From positions 1,798,001 through 1,862,000 of the forward strand of contig CP075494.1 in NCBI GenBank assembly GCA_021613535.1: a DNA stretch of 64,000 nt, in the 5' to 3' direction. Position 1 is the stretch's first letter. Every line of letters begins with the position of its first letter. This document shows, one piece after another, positions 37,996 through 51,245 of this stretch. The stretch comes from Adineta vaga. Its lineage: Eukaryota; Animalia; Rotifera. The notes beneath the pieces are model-generated. The model ran no database searches, was not told the origin of the DNA, and worked only from the letters and a program-made list of their open reading frames with translations. The position numbers were made by a program, and so were the translations under genes.

Positions 37996-40900
37996 ATGAA
38001 TTTATTTCAAATTTTTCTTTTAATTGTCTGTATTGAAAATGTGATCATTGCACAACTATATGTGACCAAAACCGAAGATTTAGAAGACATGAATGGTTAT
38101 GATTGTCTACTTTTTGATCAAATTCAATTCTGTCGACGACCAAATATAAATGAATCCTTTGATCGTAATCGATCTAAATGTGATCATAATGGAAAACCTA
38201 TTATGTTCAATTATTTAGCTGAATATAATATAACTGGTGAGCAAGTACTTCAATGGAGTACAAGTATTGACAAAGCTGATCAATATGCACGCTGGTATCG
38301 ATCATATGAACGGAAATCAAATCAATTATTTATTTGTAATTGTTCAATACCTGGAACATTTGGATCATTTTGTGAATATAAATATGAATTCTATAACAAA
38401 GATTCTACATTTCAATCCACAGTTGAAAAAGTTTTTCTCAATAGACGACATTATCGTCCATATGATCAAATCTATGGTGATATATTATGTTATGAAACAT
38501 TATTTCCATGTGATTATGGATTACTTTGTTTGGATTGGAGAGATATATGTGATGGTCGACAACAATGTATGGATGGAATTGATGAAGAAAACTGCGATAA
38601 ACTCGAATTTGATGAATGTGAATTTGATGAATATCGATGTGCAAATGGTATGTGTATTCCAGATGATTATTTTCTTGATGGTAAGAATTTTCGTTTGAAT
38701 ATGTTCAAAAATAATTCCGAAAATTTTGGATTTTATCCGAAAGTTATGTGTACTGCAGAAAGTGTGCAAGAAAGATGAATTACACAGGCTAATCTTGAGG
38801 GTGAGGGTGTATAAGGGGTACATTCACTGTATAGCTTATCGAGACTGTTAAGGATCTGATTATACAGTGCTGCCAGTAATAGTAAAAATGTGTCAAATTA
38901 TACATGTTTTGAGTAATTTTTAGGAAAAATCCTTTTTTCAATCCCTGTGGCTCTCCCTCAATGGCGATCTGGACAAAAAATGTCAGTTTATTCGATATCT
39001 CAGTTGTTTCTACGAGGATCATTGCCATTTTCAAACACGGTCTAAATACTGATGACACCGAACTACTTAGGGCATTCTAAAAGTAGTGACGGAGGTAGTT
39101 TTTTTCCTTCGTAACGGATACAAAAAAGTTGTTTTTTTCACTAATAGATAGAGCGTGTTTTGCTCTATCTTTCTATGCTATTTGATCACTATTAAACTGT
39201 GATCATAATAATAAAATTATGATAGGATTTGTTTCTGTCGCATATTCGCTAGTAGCATGAGTGCTCGTGAGTATTTTCGAAATAACTTTTGGTAGAAATA
39301 GGATAGAGAACTGCGGTTTTCACCGTTGGAAAGACAAGACGAAAACGCATTGAACAGTATACTATCGATTTTTCTATTATGATTTCTGACGATTTTTTAT
39401 TCAATTTTCTAACCGGCGGAAAAACGCTTACTTCATGAAAAAAGACGAAAAGATAAAAAATTTGTTAGAATATCGTAGTAGAGGTGTCTCAAGAATAGGT
39501 ATTATTTATAAATAATTGTATTAAATAGATGAGTCTGTCGCAGTCTGTAAATATCCAATTAGGAGTTTGAATCTGAACACGATTAATGAAAATTTACTGC
39601 ATACAACTTATGGAATAGTGTCCCTCTTTAAAACAACAGCTGACACCTCATAAAAAGTAGATTGAAAAAGTTAGTAGTACGTAGCTCGATGCGTCTTCAT
39701 CTCCTCTTTCCAACGGTGAAAAGCGCAGCTCTCTATGTAATTTCCATCAAAAGTTATTCCAAAAATACTCACAAGCATTCATGTTCGTGCTACCAGCGAA
39801 TATGCGACAGAAACAAATCCTATCATAATTTTATTATTATGATCACAGTTTAATAGTGATCAAATAGCATAGAAAGATAGAGCAAAACACGCTCTATCTA
39901 TTAGTGAAAAAAACAACTTTTTTGTATCCGTTATGAAGGAAAAAAACTACCTCCGTCACTACTTTTGGAATGCCCTAAGTATGTAGGAGAATTCCATTAC
40001 GATTTGACGCTTTTATTGAAAGTTATCCTATGAACAGTCAGACACACTGACCGATTCTAATTAGTAGTGCATCCACTTTTTGAGTACACAAATCTGTTCT
40101 TCTTATTAAAGGAGATATCGATTGTATGGATCAAACCGATGAAAAAGATGTTCCATCTGATATTTCTTGCTTTTGGCAATTATCTCCGTTCAACTGTGAT
40201 GAACGTATTTGTGGTCAACAAAATTTATTTTCATGTGGCGATGGTCAATGTATCAAAGAATCAGAGCGACATTTATTTCTTGCTCCCAGTCAATATTTGA
40301 ATTATAAATCTGATCGGAATCAAAATTGTCTTAGTTTACGTCAATTGTACTTCAGATGTGAAACATCAACACCTGTGCACATGTGGACATTGCCATCAGG
40401 TATGTGTTGGTGGTTCGAAGAAAAAACAAACATATTTCATCCATATAACAGTTGTAAACAGAATTGTAATAGTGAAATTATTTGTGATTTTTTACTAAGA
40501 TGTTTATTATCTGAAGGTCAACATATTAATTGTCAATGTCATTCAACATATACATGTATGCCAATTATTGAAAAGAATTGCCCTCGATTTATTGCTTATC
40601 CAAATCGTCCATTATTAACTCCTTATCTGACATTAATATATGGACGAGATGATTCCGGGCGTGGAATTCAAGAGCTGTTTGGATATGTACTCACTGGTCG
40701 TATTAAATGTCGAGGATATCACATTCATTTTAAAGAAAATATAACAATTATGAATTTTACGGATCTTATTTTTCATCCAATTCGTTTAGAACATTTCTTA
40801 TGTTCATCATCGAAGAGTATTCGAAATAATTCCAAATTAACTCGATATTATGATATAAATTGTTATAATGACTCCAAAACATTTACAGGATATTCATATC

Positions 40901-43900
40901 GATTCTTAAATATTTGTTCCGAATGTATTTCAGCTTATCGTATTAATGATGGTATTATCGATTGTTGGTTTGAACAAGATGAAAAGCAATATAATTTACC
41001 ATTTCATACATGTGAAAGACAAAACAAATATCGATTTACATGTTCACCAACAGAATCAATGATGTGTCTTCAAATCCGAACAATTGGTAATGAAAAACTT
41101 GATTGTTACAATGGATTTGATGAATTAGCTTTTGGAAATGAAATAGCATTAAGTTCGATCATTTGTAATACTCATCATGAACAAAAACGCCAATGTTATA
41201 ATTTAAAACATTATATTGAGCATAATCATACAAATGATTTATTTATGCGAAATCCATTTCTTACGTATTGCGATACATTTTGGGATTTAGGTGAAGGATT
41301 CGATGAATTAACAGAAAATTGTCAACAATTTTGGATTTGTCCGAAAAATTTTTATCGATGTTTAACAGGTCAATGTATTCCAACATCTTGGATATGTGAT
41401 AAGGAATGGGATTGTTCAGATGGATCTGATGAAGAAGGTATTTTAATAATTCAAAATTTATCATTACATAATCGTTATCTTCGTCTTAATGATCTTAAAA
41501 AACAATGTTCTTTTTATAATGATAAGAAACCATTTTCTTCTTGGTGTGATTTATCGTATCAATATCCATGTTTATTAGCTAATGTAGAAAATCCTTTACA
41601 TTTATTCAATTCTCGACCATGTATTAATATAACACAAATTGGTGATGGAAAAATTGATTGTTACGGTGGTCTTGATGAAAGAAATTTATTATCACATTGT
41701 AATCAAAGAAATCAAATCGGATTGGATTTTCGTTGTTCATCGACAAACACATGTATACCTTACGACCGATTGTGTTTGGATCGTTGTTCTAATCAGGAAG
41801 ATGATATTTTATGTTTCGGTAATCGAACAAATCGAAAGACATGTCAGGGACTAAAAGATGCTGTATGTTTTGATGGTACATGTGTACATTATCTACGTTG
41901 TGATGGACGCCATCAGTGTCCACATGGAGAAGATGAATATTGGTGTGATTATACTCGAAATTTTGAACAGTTGTCGTACCGTTTAAACAAGAGATTGACG
42001 AAGAAAAATTCCATTAATTTAACTGTATTACCTTCGCTAATAACACGTACTCGTCGAGCTTTAATTGAATCTGAATTATCACAAGCAAAAATGCAGTTTC
42101 ATTGTAATCGAGGAATATCTATGAAATTATCCAATAATACAATCGTTTGCTTTTGTTCTCCTGCATATTATGGTTCGAAATGTCAATATTATAGTGATCG
42201 ATTAACAATATTCACTCATGTAGATTTGACTCATTGGTCCAATAATATAATAAACAAACAAAAGTTATTAATTAGTGTTATAGCATTTTTTTTATTCGAA
42301 GAAGATATTTTAGATTATCATGTATTTCATGTTCGACCAAAAGAAGATTTAACAGATTTTATAAAACAACGTTTTCAATTCCTTTATCCACGATCATGGT
42401 CAATGATCGAACAACGACGTCAACGTTTTTTTAATCGAACAGATATTACTCAACATCATCCATTTAGCATTCGATTTGAAGCTTATAAATTAACATCAAT
42501 TCTTCAACTTATTGGACTATGGCATTTTCCCATTTATTTTGATTATTTACCATCATTTCGTTTAGCTAAAGTATTACGTCTTCCATCAATTTCTAATTCT
42601 AATATATGTGCAAATAATCCATGTAAATCAAATTCTATCTGTCAATCAATACTTAACAAGAATAACTCTTACGTATGTTTATGTAAAAGTGGTTTTTATG
42701 GGAATGATTGCTCGAAATATGATACCAAATGTACAAATTTTTGTATAGCAAATGCGATATGTAAATCGACTAAAAATCGTCTCCCGATTTGTATTTGTCC
42801 AATGGGTTATTTCGGACGATCTTGCTCTCTACGATATTTTCAATGTGATTCTTCACCTTGTTTAAACAATGGCACATGTTATTCATTAGTTGATCCGAAA
42901 TTATATAGATGTGATTGTTTATCAACATTTTATGGAGATCGATGTGAATATTTTATTAAACCAATCGTAATCACTTTCAATGAAACGATAAATAATGATT
43001 TGATCTATTTAACTCAATCGAATGGAATTGTATTTCAAGGATTAAAAGCGAATAAAGGCACAATTATGCATCAACAATCCTATCAACTAGATGAAATTTC
43101 CTCATTTATTTTTTCAAATCCATCACAGATCCAACCAGATATAATTCTTGCTAAAATTTATCAAATAAATGGTCAATATGCACTTTTTCTTATTTCTATT
43201 AACATTTCACCAATTACAAATCCATTGAACATATCAACTTCATTAATCAAAAACAATTCTTGTTTACATGTTCGTTTATTATTAAGTATATTTATTTGAC
43301 ATTTTCATCATAAAATTATTGATTTTTTTTTTCTTCAAGGTGAACAGAATATATTTGATGCGCGACGAGCTGTATTTAAATATCATTGGCTTTGTAATAA
43401 CCAGAGTAATTTACTTTGTTTCCATGATGATGGTTACTTATGTATTTGTCATAAAAATCATTTCCGAGCCGAATGTTTCCCGTATGATCATTCACTTGAT
43501 CGATGTTCATCTTGTCTATCGAATGGTTTTTGTTTACGTGGTGATTTGAAAAAAGTCAATGATTTTCTATGTTTATGTCCTCGGTGTTATCATGGACGTA
43601 TTTGTCAATACAGTACACAATCATTTAGTATTACTTTAGATTCTCTTATAACTCGAGATAGATCATCTATTCAATTATGTTATATTTCTCTTGCTTGTTT
43701 GCTATTTTGTATAGGTACATTTGGGAATTTGTGTAGTTTTATGACATTAAAACGATCAACAGTACGTCAGTTTGTTGTTGGACACTATTTGTTTATCATT
43801 ACTTTATTAGATCAATGTTCAATCTTATTTCTTTTACTAAAAATTATTCATATATTCGTAGGTATAAATGGTAAATTCCTTCATTATTCTCGTCTTAATC

Positions 43901-44592
43901 TTATTTCATGTAAACTTATTTCATATTTATTATTTGTTTCAAGTAAGTCAACATATTGGTTGACAAGTTGGATAACAATTGTACGTGCATCGATCGTTCT
44001 CTTTCCCGCAATGACATTCTGGAAAAAGACTTATTTAGCTACTCGACTTAGTATTTTAACAATTCTTCTCTTATTTATACTCGATATTCATGATATTTTT
44101 TATTATACTATTGTTCAAGATATCGATTCACAGACGATTTGTGTGATTACGTTTCCGAATGAAAATATATCAGGATATGCACGAATCCTTACTGCCATAC
44201 ATTATCTCATTCCATTTTCTATTCAAATCACATCTATATTTACATTTTGTATTTTAATTACTCGTCGTCGTGTGAAAATTAATAAAAAACAATTCACATT
44301 TCAACAGATTTTTAAAACACAATTATTAGCACATAAGGAACTTTTATGTCTACCAATTCTTATTATTCTATCAGCTCTCCCACAGATTATCATTTCATTT
44401 AGTTTTGCTTGTACAAAAATCTTACATTCATGGCAACAATATCTACTTTTATCAGCTTATTTTCTTTCTTATGCACCACATGTCCTGGGATTTGTATTGT
44501 GTATATTACCATCGAAAACATTCGCACATGAATTTACCCAAACGTCCATTGCAAAAAAAATCTTCGAAATTATCAAACTAATCAAAAACTAA
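37996..44592 (+). CDS. Large LDLa/EGF-repeat rhodopsin-type GPCR (GRL101-like), about 1703 aa; exons 37996-38680, 40112-43285, 43340-44592
   Basis: Signal peptide; many LDLa repeats (CDGRQQCMDGIDEENC, WICDKEWDCSDGSDE); EGF repeats; RTRR furin-like site; 7TM C-terminus. Both phase-1 GT-AG introns keep the frame. Confidence 0.9.
39066..39979. mobile_element. MITE with about 220-bp TIRs in intron 1 of the GPCR
   Basis: CTTAGGGCATTC..AAAAGTAGTGACGGAGG mirrored at 39748-39979; TA on both sides (Tc1/mariner-type TSD). Confidence 0.9.
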
Positions 44593-44943
44593 TTGAATTT
44601 CAGTATTTTTCAATTGCGATTGTTGTTGATCATTCGATTAATTTACATTTTTGTCGATAAATATATCTCAGGCCCATCGAGCGTGACTCACCATCACCCG
44701 TTCAGTTTCACGATAAAGTTTTATTCACGAATGAATGAGCTTTAACCTTCCACTGACGGCAGATACACATAGAAATAAAGATTAACAAATCTGTAAATAA
44801 AACCGTAAGCTGTCACAACCATGTTCTCATCATTATGATCAAGAAAAATGTCAAATTTAGTATTATTATTATTGATCACTACAATATCGAGGATCGCATC
44901 GTGATTAAAACTTCTTTATTGAGATATAACAAAAAAGAAAATT

Positions 44944-46306
44944 CTAGAGACTATTATAACGTGTTCTTCTTCGAATACGAAAAATGATGAATGCAATAGT
45001 TGTGATTAATGCGATCACTAAGCCTGCAATCGAAAGACCCAATGTGGTATGATCACTTTTCCGTGTGAATGGAGTCGATGTCTCACTATACGAATTGATC
45101 GTATTTGTTGGATTGATAGCCACTTTTGTTTGATTCTTCGTCGAAATGGGATAGAACGGTGGTAAAATAATAGCTGGTAACTTTTGCATGTCTGGTAATT
45201 TGTCGAATTTTAAACACACATATAGAGGACAATCATTTTCAATAGCACCCATAACATATGAACTATAACCATCTAGACATTGTTTTGTAGCTGAAGGAAG
45301 TATCACATTTCCTTGAGAGCACGAAAACATGCCACCATAATGAGGTAAATTTCTCGTCTCAAATACTTGATCAGCTAAACATACTATTAAATCGGAAGTT
45401 ACTTGGACTGTTTTAAACTGATCGTTGGGACACTTATGTATTCCAGTGATTGGATTCACTCGTACTGATGTATACGAACCACCGTAAACATATCGGTTAG
45501 AAACCGACAGAAGTCCTGTTAATGAATCGCGTAACATCATTTTGCTATTGCAAACAAATAAGTTTATTTCACGTCGACCAACACCATCAGGAATATCTTT
45601 GCAGCATTTTCTTGAGTACATGTCGCAACGTCGACATTCTTCTCTATATACAGTTTCCGTTTGAACTGATTGATGAATGAGATATTGATTGAAACCGGAT
45701 GGACATTCAAACGTTTGTGTATAGAAATTCTTCATATTATATTGACCGCATCTCCTTAAGTCCCAATACGAACATTGAAGTCAAACCGCACAGATTAAAT
45801 TTACTGTTGACTTACTGTGCTAAACGTCGATCTTCAGTGCAAGTACGAATAAAACCTCCAAACTGAGCATTGGCTTCAGGCGGTGCACAAGAACTATCAT
45901 CGACATTCGCAATCCAATTGAATGACGGCGAACTTCAATTCATACATCCGTTGTACACATTCATTTGAATATATGTGTCAATAGCTTGAGCAATCTTCTC
46001 GCGCACACATAACAATGCAGTTTCAGATAGTTCGGAAATTTTATTTGAAACAATGTTGATTGTTATATTCTCTACCGCACGTCGAACAATAACCGGATCA
46101 GTTTCCACTGTTGTTTGCCAAGTATTCATCGAATTTTCCAGTAAAGATACTTTGCCACCTTTCGTCTGAATCATCTTGCGTTTGATAGTCTTTTTCAACC
46201 CTTCGGTACTGTTATCGATCGAGGTTGAACTGTAAGCGAATTTGCCGGATATACTAAACGTGCTAAAGAACGATGCTTCAGCTGCAGCATGGTAACTACG
46301 TTTAGT
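44944..46306 (-). pseudogene. Perforin-2/MPEG1-like MACPF protein, 5'-truncated
   Basis: MACPF end (TKGG..WQTTV); MPEG1-like GCMN*SSPSFNWIANVDDSSC..FGGFIRTC; P2-like YGGSY..VNPITG..CP and YGGMFSC..GN; C-terminal TM. Stop at 45935-37; intron at about 45754-45815; N-terminus replaced at the telomeric/hammerhead junction. Confidence 0.8.
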
Positions 46307-48200
46307 TTGAGGGTGAGTCAAGCTGCCATAACGCGTTTCGACCTTTTTCAAGGGTCTCATCAGATGGCTTAATTCTGAATATGATTACGAAAGACTTAGT
46401 CTACTTAAAGCTGAAATCAGATAGTTTTTGTCTTACCTATTTGTTGAAGAGCTGTGACAGATCATGGATGTCATGGTAGTTAAGAATTAAGCGTGTTGAA
46501 CTTGGAATGTCTTTGTTTGTATTTTGTTGTTTTGCGACGTAGGGTTTGTATGTATTTGTCTGGATAGACTTGCTACTGTTGGAGTATTGTTGGCTTGACT
46601 GGTGTTGAGATGTATATAGCTTGTATTGTAGTGAAGAATAAAGTGACTTGTATAGGTTATAGCGGTGTATTTGTTAAGAATATGTGCTATTATGTTTGCA
46701 ATAAGATGAATGATACTTACTTATAGGCAACCTAAGAAATGAATGTTATAATGAAAAAGTGCTTCGTATTTATAGGATGAGTTGAGAATGTGAACTTTGA
46801 TCTATGATACTGGCATTTATGTGTGGGCAAGAATTTCATCTCGTGTTTTACGTGATGAATGTTTGGAAGTTGGTATTTTAAGCAAAGGCGTATATTGTTT
46901 GTTTCGTTTAATAGCATTTGAATATGTGAAAAAATGGAGAAAGAATGTCTTCAGGAGGCGTATGAAAGTATGTTCTTGCTACGTGAAATTATTCTTATAG
47001 AGAAATTCACTTTTTTTATGGAATGAGTGCATACAGGAAAATTTTGTGTAAGAAAAGGTAAAGCAGATATCATGGAAGAAAGAGAAAGATAGTGATTAAC
47101 TCTACATACATGTGTTTATTGATTTGTCTGCACTTGATTGATTTTTGTCATTTTTCATTGTGTGAAAGACTGATTCAATATATATATATATCAAAGATGT
47201 GAAAGTATTGAATAATACATTTGTTTAGAAATGACATCCTAAGTATTGGAGTAAAACATTAAAATCATCAAAAACAAGTAAGTAAAGACATACATTCTAA
47301 ATGTTTTCTTTCAGATGCATTATATGGTATATTTTCGTTTATTAAATTCAAGTATGAACTGGTTGAATGCAAATCAATTGATATGTATGATTCAAGTTGT
47401 TTATGTGATAGTTATAAAATATCTAGAAGGAAAAGAAGAAAAATCAGATAATTTCTTTTTATTTTATATAAGCAACAGAAAAATGATGATATGGGATGGA
47501 GAAACTTCAGATAAATCGATTTATACTTGAGCAATATTATAAATCAATAGGAAATAAGGAAATTTTGAAATAAGCGTTTATCCTTTGGTTTTTAAATTAT
47601 TCATTAGAATCTATTGTTTGTTACGAACGATTCTCGATGTTGAATCATGTGGCTAGCCGATGCTGTTTGTCATAATTTGCCCGTTCAATCATATGCAATC
47701 GACGGTTCTCTATAGCATCATATACTATGTTTTGCCATTCTGATGTTGATTGCATATATCTATTCTTTAATAAAAATTTCTTTCGTTTAGTTTGTATTAT
47801 TGTACTCAAGTTTTCAATTTTGCTATGACTAGCAAGAATGGCATGATTAATGATATTATTCTTTAAAGTATTTAATTTATCAACTTCATATGTTAAAGAA
47901 TCACTAATTATAGTTGATTTCATAGTTTCATTCCATTTTTGTATATCTTTATCAATATTATTGATCATTTCATGAACTAAACTGGATGTTGCTTGTAATG
48001 ATGTTGATGAAAGACGTTTTTCTAACAAAGCAATATCTTCTTCAATCATCATTTGTTCTTTTGTTGCACGCCATATATGTGTTGCCAAAGTGATCTGTAA
48101 TTGATATAAATTGAAAAGACATTCAATTCAATAAATAATACAGTTTAATATATATTTACGTGATTCTTGTTTGGGTTGACATTGTAAAAATTTTGAATTA
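46307..48200 (-). mobile_element. Deleted Athena/Terminon-like retroelement: coiled-coil ORF fragment plus 3' hammerhead and telomeric end
   Basis: ORF 47645-48088 is a coiled-coil resembling Athena ORF1 (family assignment from recall). The 3' end carries a 62-nt GT-AG intron-like segment (46436-46375), a hammerhead, and the tail ACTCACCCTCAA. Confidence 0.6.
46325..46368 (-). ncRNA. Minimal type I hammerhead ribozyme
   Basis: GCCAT-CTGATGA-GACCCTTgaaaAAGGTC-GAAA-CGCG-TT-ATGGC: intact core, stem I GCCAT/ATGGC, palindromic CGCG stem III typical of Penelope-like-element hammerheads. Confidence 0.88.
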
Positions 48201-48412
48201 ATTGATGAATCAGTGTGAAGCTAGCACCACGAAGCTAGCACCGCGAAACTAAGAGTTTTGCGAAAACGAATTCCCGTCGATAAAAAAGAGTCTATTCGAT
48301 GCAGAATTTGATTCTGAGTCGAATGGTGACATTTTTATTCACGGAAAAACGATAGGAAAAAAGTTTTCTTCGATCTTTATTTGTCTTCTATATGTGTATA
48401 TGCGTCATTGTA

Positions 48413-48729
48413 CGACATTCGGCACGCAATTTCTCTGCACAAAATGAACTCCCGTCCATGAAAAAGAGTCTGTTCGACGCAAAATTCGATTCTGCATCGA
48501 ATGACGGTACTTTCATTCACGGGAAAACGAATGAACAAATTTTATTCGAATTTTTCTTTTACATATGTAAGTATGAGAGGAAAATAAAAATCGAGGTAAG
48601 CTTCGTCCTGATCGTTTTCCCGTGAATGAAAGTACCGTCATTCGATGCAGAATCGAATTTTGCGTCGAACAGACTCTTTTTCATGGACGGGAATTCATTT
48701 TGTGCAGAGAAATTGCGTGCCGAATGTCG
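48413..48729. mobile_element. MITE with about 118-bp near-perfect TIRs
   Basis: CGACATTCGGCACGCAATTTCTC.. mirrored; flanked by TA (48411-12, 48730-31). A diverged half-copy of the same family lies at about 48265-48360. Confidence 0.9.
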
Positions 48730-48731
48730 TA

Positions 48732-49972
48732 TTAGGTTGTCAACAAAGTTTTGGCGTTTTTTTCAAAAATTTTATTTTTGTTTTTTCACTTCAAAAGTAC
48801 AACTAGTTCTCAGATATATATTGACCATTACTATCTACCACTTGTCGCCAACGTTCTGGCAGAGACATGATCCCGCGCTCGTAGAAGTCTTGGGATTTTT
48901 CATCGAAGAACTTGACAAGCTCCATTTTGACACCGCTTTCGTCTTTGAACTTTTTATCACGTAAATCATTCGAAAGAGAACGAAACAAATGGTAGTCTGT
49001 TGGAGCCAAGTCCGGAGAATAAGGTGGATGAGGAACCGTAATACAGCCAAGCTTCAATAATTTTTCACGAGTCGACTTTGCAATGTGTGGTCTTGCGTTA
49101 TCATGTAAAAAATAAACTCGATCCTGCTTTCCTTTGAGTTTCTCTGCAACCCGATCCAATTGTTGACAGTACAGATCAGCAGTGATGGTGTAACCATTTG
49201 GTAGAACTTACCAGTGGATAACTCCTTTGATACCCCACCAGACGCTCAGCATCAATTTCTTGGGATGGAGATCAGCCTTCGGTGTTGCTACGCCGGTTTG
49301 ACCAGCGCTCAGCCACTGACGTCGACGCGTGTAGTTAACATACAACACCCACTTCTCATCACCAGTAATCAGATTGGATAACCATTGGTAGTTGCGGTGA
49401 GATGTGATTAAATCCATACATGCATCAACTCTCTGTTGCAGCTGATGTGCCGATAATTCATGAGGTATCCATACCCCATATTTCCAGGTCTTGCCTAATT
49501 CGTTCAGATGTTTTTCCACCGTAGTATGAGAGCACCCGACCTGCTCTGCTAAACACCGTAAAGTCAGTCGAGGATCTTCTTCGATAAGCTGCTTTAAAAA
49601 GTCCACATCCACTTCCATTGGTCTACCAGATCGAGGTAAGTCGTCGAGTTCTAAATCGCCATTCTTGAAATGATTGAACCAACGTTGCGCGGTACGAGTG
49701 GAGACTAGACCCTGACCCATCGTGCCGCATATGTTGCTGGCTGCTTCCGTTGCTTTGTGCCCCAAACGAAATTCATGAAGTAAAAGCACCCGAATCTCTC
49801 AATGAGAAAGATTTATTTCTGATTCGACATCAACGTCCATATCGATGATTTTTTTATCATTCGAAAGACGTTCATGTCCTATATATATACACTTAGTATG
49901 GAAACTTCTAGAACTTTCTAGGTTATTCTACAAGATTTTAGAAAAAACGACAAAACTTTGTTGACAACCCAA
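48732..49972 (-). mobile_element. Mariner (DD34D) transposon, full length, transposase inactivated
   Basis: 31-bp TIRs TTAGGTTGTCAACAAAGTTTTGGCGTTTTTT (2 mismatches); TA TSDs; transposase 49840-48803 with WIPHEL, GDEKW, HDNARPH and YSPDLAPTD; in-frame stops at codon 14 and at 49208-10. Confidence 0.95.
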
Positions 49973-49979
49973 TAGATAA

Positions 49980-50024
49980 GCCATCTGATGAGATTCTTTA
50001 GTAGGAATCGAAAATAGTCATGGC
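49980..50024 (+). ncRNA. Minimal type I hammerhead ribozyme followed by reverse telomeric repeats
   Basis: GCCAT-CTGATGA-GATTCtttagtagGAATC-GAAA-ATAG-TC-ATGGC, then AGCGGACTCACACCCACACCCAC (to 50046). GUC cleavage triplet. Confidence 0.82.
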
Positions 50025-50229
50025 AGCGGACTCACACCCACACCCACGACTATCAAAAATACAGAGATATAAGCTATTCGTTTTTATTAATTAATTTCTT
50101 AGAGATGCATTGAGTCAAAGATATCTATATAGAAACGATTTATCCTTATTAAAATACGGCATGCGTGTTTTTAGGATTATACTTGGATACTAAAATAATT
50201 GTATCAAACCTCAAAAGTTGTTTATTATG

Positions 50230-51245
50230 TTAATTTCTTTGAAATAATGAGTACAATTCTGTACTCTTCAAAACAGTGTCATTTTTCGATCCACCAATAA
50301 CTAACACTTTTCCATTCGTTAATACGGATGCAGTGTGTCTTTTTCGTATATCATTCATACTATTAGTAATTGTCCAAATCGCTGTTGATGGATCATACAA
50401 CTCAGCACTATTTAGATCACCATCATAATTAGTTCCACCAGTAACTAACACTTTTCCATTTATTAATACGGATGCTGTGTGGTCTGCCCGTGCATTATTC
50501 ATATCACCAGTAGTTGTCCAAAGACCTGTTGATGGATCATACAACTCAGCACTTTTTAGAACACCACGACCGTATCCAGCAGTGACTAATACTTTTCCAT
50601 TTGTTAGCACGGATGCTGTATGCTGATATCGTACATAATTCATACTACCAGTTGTTGTCCAAAGGCCTGTTGATAAATCATACAACTCAGCACTGCTTAA
50701 AGCACTACCACGACCATTATTTCCGCCAGTAATTAGTACTTTTCCATTTGTTAATACGGATGCTGTATGATCAAATCGTGCATCAGTCATGTTATTAGTG
50801 GTTGCCCAAGTCCCTGTTAATGGATTATACAACTCAACACTGTTCAGAGAAATATTCTGATTATGTCCAGCGCTAACTAATACTTTTCCATTTGTTAACA
50901 CGGATGCTGTGTGCCCGTATCGTTCATATTTCATACTACCAGTTGTTGTCCAAGTCTCTGTTGATGGATCATACAATTCAGTATTGTTTAAATAACGAGT
51001 ATTATCTCCACCAATAACTAATACTTTCCCATTTGTTAATACGGATGCTACATGCCTCCAGCGTTGATATTTCATACTAGCAGTTGTTGTCCAACGGCCT
51101 GTTGATGGATCATACAACTCAGCAGTGCTTAAATATGAACCAGGATTGCCAGCAAAGCCACCAGTAACTAGTACTTTTCCATTTGTTAACACGGATGCTG
51201 TATGATAATGTCGTATATTTATCATGCTACTCGCATTAGTCCAAC
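50230..51245 (-). CDS. Seven-bladed Kelch/galactose-oxidase-type beta-propeller, terminal exon
   Basis: Seven highly similar R..HTASVLTNGKVLVTGG..L.SAELYDPSTG.W repeats; TTTAG acceptor at 51246-47 (phase 1). Confidence 0.88.

Noticed and set aside
48392-48964. ORFs 48392-48625 and 48626-48964
   Set aside because: They lie in MITE inverted repeats and antisense to the mariner.
45935-49801. Probable CGA-to-TGA stops in the MPEG1-like gene and mariner as a methylation or RIP-like signature
   Set aside because: Too few events, ancestral codons are inferred, and other stops in the window are transversions.
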